Assembly: GCA_049970595.1 (NCBI GenBank)
Contig: JBMFMQ010000001.1
Location: 1-39,780, forward strand
Reading direction: 5' to 3'
DNA from: Candidatus Ratteibacteria bacterium
GTDB taxonomy: Bacteria; Ratteibacteria; UBA8468; B48-G9; JAFGKM01
DNA: 39,780 nt
Numbering within the stretch: the stretch's first letter is position 1; every line of letters starts with the position of its first letter. Under the pieces are notes generated by a model that was given only the letters and a program-made list of their open reading frames with translations, did no database searches and had not been told where the DNA came from. Positions 34,405 through 39,780 of this stretch are shown here, piece after piece. A program made the position numbers and the translations under genes.

Positions 34405-35559
34405 TTACTTGAAATTTAAAATTAATTGACTGAAATATTTTACAGCAAAAGGTAAAACCATTTCATCAAGATTAAACTTACTGCTATGATGAATACCACT
34501 TTTTTTGCCACTTCCAATAAAAATATAGGTTGAGGGGACTATTTTTGTATAAAAGGCAAAGTCCTCTCCACCCATTATTGGATGATATTTATAAAAATAT
34601 TTTTTCGGTAGAAATTGCCTGCTTAATTCATATATTTTTTCAGTCAATTTTTCATCATTTTTTACTGCTGGAGAGTAATAATTGTATGTGAAGTTGAATT
34701 TGCAATTGAATGACCTTGAAACTTTTTCACCTATATTTTTAATCTCATTTTTTATCTTTTTTCTTAATTTTTCAGATAATGTCCTTACAGTTCCTTCAAT
34801 TTCAACTTTATCTGGAATTATATTAAAAACTTCTCCTCCTTTTATTTTACAAACAGATATTACAGCAGGTTCACCTGGATTTATTTTTCTGCTTATAATT
34901 GTTTGTAAAACACTTATAAAATAAGATGCGCATATAATTGGGTCATTTGTTAAATGAGGGGAACTTCCATGTCCACCCTTTCCTTCTATTATTATATTGA
35001 ATCTATCAGTATTTGCCATAACAACACCCTTTTCAATATATATTTTAAAAATAGGGATATAAGGGAAAAAATGAAAACCAATAAGTGCATCAATATTTTC
35101 AAGAACACCTTCTTTTATTAAGATAGTCGCCCCTCCAGGTGGTTTTTCCTCACATGGCTGAAAAATTAACTTAACATTAAATTTAAGATAGTCAATAAAT
35201 TTATATAAAATCTTTCCAACACCAAGAACTGTTGCCATATGTCCATCATGACCACAGGCATGCATTATTCCTTTATTTTTTGAAGAAAACGGAAGACCAG
35301 TTTTTTCACAAATTGGTAAAGCATCCATATCTGCTCTTATTCCTAAGGTTTTTGTTGAATTTTTACTTATAAAACCGATTACTCCTGTTTTCCCCTTTAT
35401 TTCAAAAGGAATTCCTGTTTCTTTTAAAATACTCTGTATTTTTTCACTTGTCTTATATTCCTCAAACCCAAGTTCAGGATACATGTGAAAATATCTTCTC
35501 CATTCTATAATCTCATTTTCAATATTTTTAACTTCTTTTTCAATCAATTGGTCAAACAT
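34405..35559 (-). CDS. M20D-family amidohydrolase (N-acyl-amino acid / hippurate hydrolase-like)
   Basis: RRYFHMYPELGFEEYKTS, IRADMDALPI, MHACGHDGH and the GGEDF motif. Confidence 0.8.
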   Translation of the reverse strand: MFDQLIEKEVKNIENEIIEWRRYFHMYPELGFEEYKTSEKIQSILKETGIPFEIKGKTGVIGFISKNSTKTLGIRADMDALPICEKTGLPFSSKNKGIMHACGHDGHMATVLGVGKILYKFIDYLKFNVKLIFQPCEEKPPGGATILIKEGVLENIDALIGFHFFPYIPIFKIYIEKGVVMANTDRFNIIIEGKGGHGSSPHLTNDPIICASYFISVLQTIISRKINPGEPAVISVCKIKGGEVFNIIPDKVEIEGTVRTLSEKLRKKIKNEIKNIGEKVSRSFNCKFNFTYNYYSPAVKNDEKLTEKIYELSRQFLPKKYFYKYHPIMGGEDFAFYTKIVPSTYIFIGSGKKSGIHHSSKFNLDEMVLPFAVKYFSQLILNFK

Positions 35560-35562
35560 CTT

Positions 35563-36615
35563 TTATTCCCTTCTTATAAATAAGATTTCAATCTTCTCAC
35601 CAAATAGTTTATTTTTTATATCCCCAATCATTCTATCAACTGCCTCATATTCATTTTTATAATCTATAACAAAACTTAAAGAAAAGATAACCCCGGAATT
35701 AGTGTATTCTGTAACATAAACTTCACAATTTCTTTCAAGTAAAAATGGTGATTTCTGACAGACACCAATGAGTAAATCCTTTATTTTTTCAATCTCTTCT
35801 TTGACCTGTATTCCTATTTTAAGTTTTATCTTAATTTTTGTTTCAGGAAATCCAAAATTTGTTATTCTTGTTTTTGCTATTTCTGAATTTGAAATTATAA
35901 TGACATTATTTTCAGGAGATAATATTTTCGTCCTTCTTAAACCAATTTCAATAACATCACCAATTTCTCCTGTTGAAAGTTTTATTCTATCTCCTATTTT
36001 AAATGGTTTATCAATTATTATAAAAAATCCTGAAATCATATTTGAAAGTGTATCCTGTGCTGCAAAAGCAACTGCAAATGAAGCAATTCCTGCTGCACCA
36101 AGAATACTTGTTATTGGTTGATTAAATTTATTAAGAATTATACTTATTGCAATAAAATATATAACTATTTTTGAAACATTCTTGAATAAATGCATAAATT
36201 CTTCATCTACTTTTGTTTTTGTTCTATTTGCTATTTCTTCAAGATACCATTCAACAAATCCATCAACTATACTGCTTACAATAAAAGAAATGGAAAGGAC
36301 AATAAACGAAAAAAGAATTTTGGGAAGATTTAAAATTAGTTTTTCAATAGGTGGTGATTTTGGAGATATAATATAAGATGTTCTTTCCCATAAAATACTT
36401 AATCCAGAAAAAAATACAAAGATTACAACTCCTTTCCCTGTTTTTTTTAAAATTTTATTATAAAGTTTTCTTTTTGAGGTAATTTTTAAAAGTAGATTAT
36501 TCCATATCCATTTTATTAAGGTGCAGATGACTATAATTATAAAAAAATAAATTAAAGTGAGCAGATTATTTCTTAATGTTTCATTCATATCAAGTAAGTT
36601 TTTACTGAACCCCAT
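35563..36615 (-). CDS. mscS: MscS-family mechanosensitive channel
   Basis: Several N-terminal TM helices. The pore helix plus beta domain context is AAGIASFAVAFAAQDTLSNMISGFFIIIDKPFKIGDRI. Confidence 0.8.
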   Translation of the reverse strand: MGFSKNLLDMNETLRNNLLTLIYFFIIIVICTLIKWIWNNLLLKITSKRKLYNKILKKTGKGVVIFVFFSGLSILWERTSYIISPKSPPIEKLILNLPKILFSFIVLSISFIVSSIVDGFVEWYLEEIANRTKTKVDEEFMHLFKNVSKIVIYFIAISIILNKFNQPITSILGAAGIASFAVAFAAQDTLSNMISGFFIIIDKPFKIGDRIKLSTGEIGDVIEIGLRRTKILSPENNVIIISNSEIAKTRITNFGFPETKIKIKLKIGIQVKEEIEKIKDLLIGVCQKSPFLLERNCEVYVTEYTNSGVIFSLSFVIDYKNEYEAVDRMIGDIKNKLFGEKIEILFIRRE

Positions 36616-36716
36616 TAGTTATTTTCCCTTTTTTATATAATACCACATTCTTAAGTTTGTTTCTTAAAGGGTTTAAACCCCTTTAAAATCCCCAAAAGGT
36701 ATCAACTCCGCAAAGT
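36594..36716. repeat. Copy 1 of a ~123-nt promoter-bearing intergenic repeat (upstream of mscS)
   Basis: Aligns with 39656-39780. The promoter-distal 76 nt are identical except for one G indel. The proximal ~48 nt are about 80% identical. It includes an extended -10 (TGGTATTAT, 36637-36645) and a 23-nt near-palindrome at 36664-36686. Confidence 0.85.
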
Positions 36717-36772
36717 CCCTCAATCTTGAGGGGAGTTCAAGGTATTCTTATCTGTTCTGGGCAAAAAACGCC

Positions 36773-36811
36773 AGAAAAAGCACTTGGAATGTTTTTAAAT
36801 TCCAGTGCTTT
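36773..36811 (-). terminator. Rho-independent terminator after serS
   Basis: The minus-strand RNA reads AAAGCACUGGAAU-UUAAAAAC-AUUCCAAGUGCUUU. This gives an 11-bp stem with one bulge and an 8-nt loop, followed by a U-rich tail (UUUUUCU). It lies 24 nt after the serS stop. Confidence 0.6.
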
Positions 36812-36834
36812 ATATTTGATTGAGTTAGTATTTA

Positions 36835-39780
<2,946 letters not shown>

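Noticed and set aside
35768-36121. 117-aa + strand ORF. The other + strand ORFs in the track are similar, for example 25263-25634, 15867-16166, 24679-24978, 27144-27407 and 39377-39610.
   Set aside because: All lie antisense to well-supported minus-strand genes. They have low-complexity, Leu/Phe/Ser/Ile-rich translations typical of the reverse frame of AT-rich K/E/I-rich genes. They lack RBS-like sequences and show no recognisable motifs.

Overview
AT-rich (about 30% GC by eye), very gene-dense bacterial window. Every credible gene (about 45) is on the minus strand, and most neighbours touch or overlap. All + strand ORFs in the track look like antisense artefacts.

Content by region:
(1) 0.1-8.6 kb: an Fe-S and sulfur-mobilisation block. 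It holds larE-like, nfu, rseC-like, iscU, nadA and nifS, then a COG1900 plus NIL-ferredoxin homocysteine pair, an Fe-S type Rrf2 regulator and a PP-loop thiolase-like gene.
(2) 8.6-9.9 kb: a DUF1559-type prepilin-like protein and a Cys-rich zinc-ribbon protein.
(3) 10.0-26.5 kb: one essentially gap-free transcription unit behind a consensus promoter. Gene order is cysH (APS reductase type), sat, PiT permease, JAMM protease, hemA, hemC, cobA/hemD, hemB, hemL, thiS::cysK fusion, sulfite reductase::TusA fusion, ThrC-like enzyme, MoaD/ThiS-like carrier with a GG-EKWL tail, E1-like adenylyltransferase, lone NIL domain, thi4, archaemetzincin-like protein lacking HEXXH, and a half-size permease.
(4) 26.5-33.7 kb: a copper module of csoR, a YHS protein and cusC-cusB-cusA.
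(5) 33.7-39.6 kb: thuA-like, M20 amidohydrolase, mscS, serS, ftsB and eno.

Most interesting points:
- The sulfur-carrier (ubiquitin-like/E1/JAMM) super-operon has two unusual in-frame fusions and apparently two non-homologous homocysteine routes.
- HemC lacks its cofactor-binding domain.
- Four frame disruptions (hemL, cusB, cusC, hicB-like) all sit exactly in A/T homopolymers, and each would be repaired by +1 nt.
- A roughly 123-nt promoter-bearing repeat with a 24-nt perfect palindrome lies upstream of both mscS and eno.
- csoR has a consensus promoter that appears leaderless, with a palindrome in its spacer.

No rRNA, tRNA, CRISPR array or intact mobile element was recognised. The lineage guess, an uncultivated anaerobe such as an Omnitrophota-like organism, rests only on composition and the DUF1559-type pilin and is weak.
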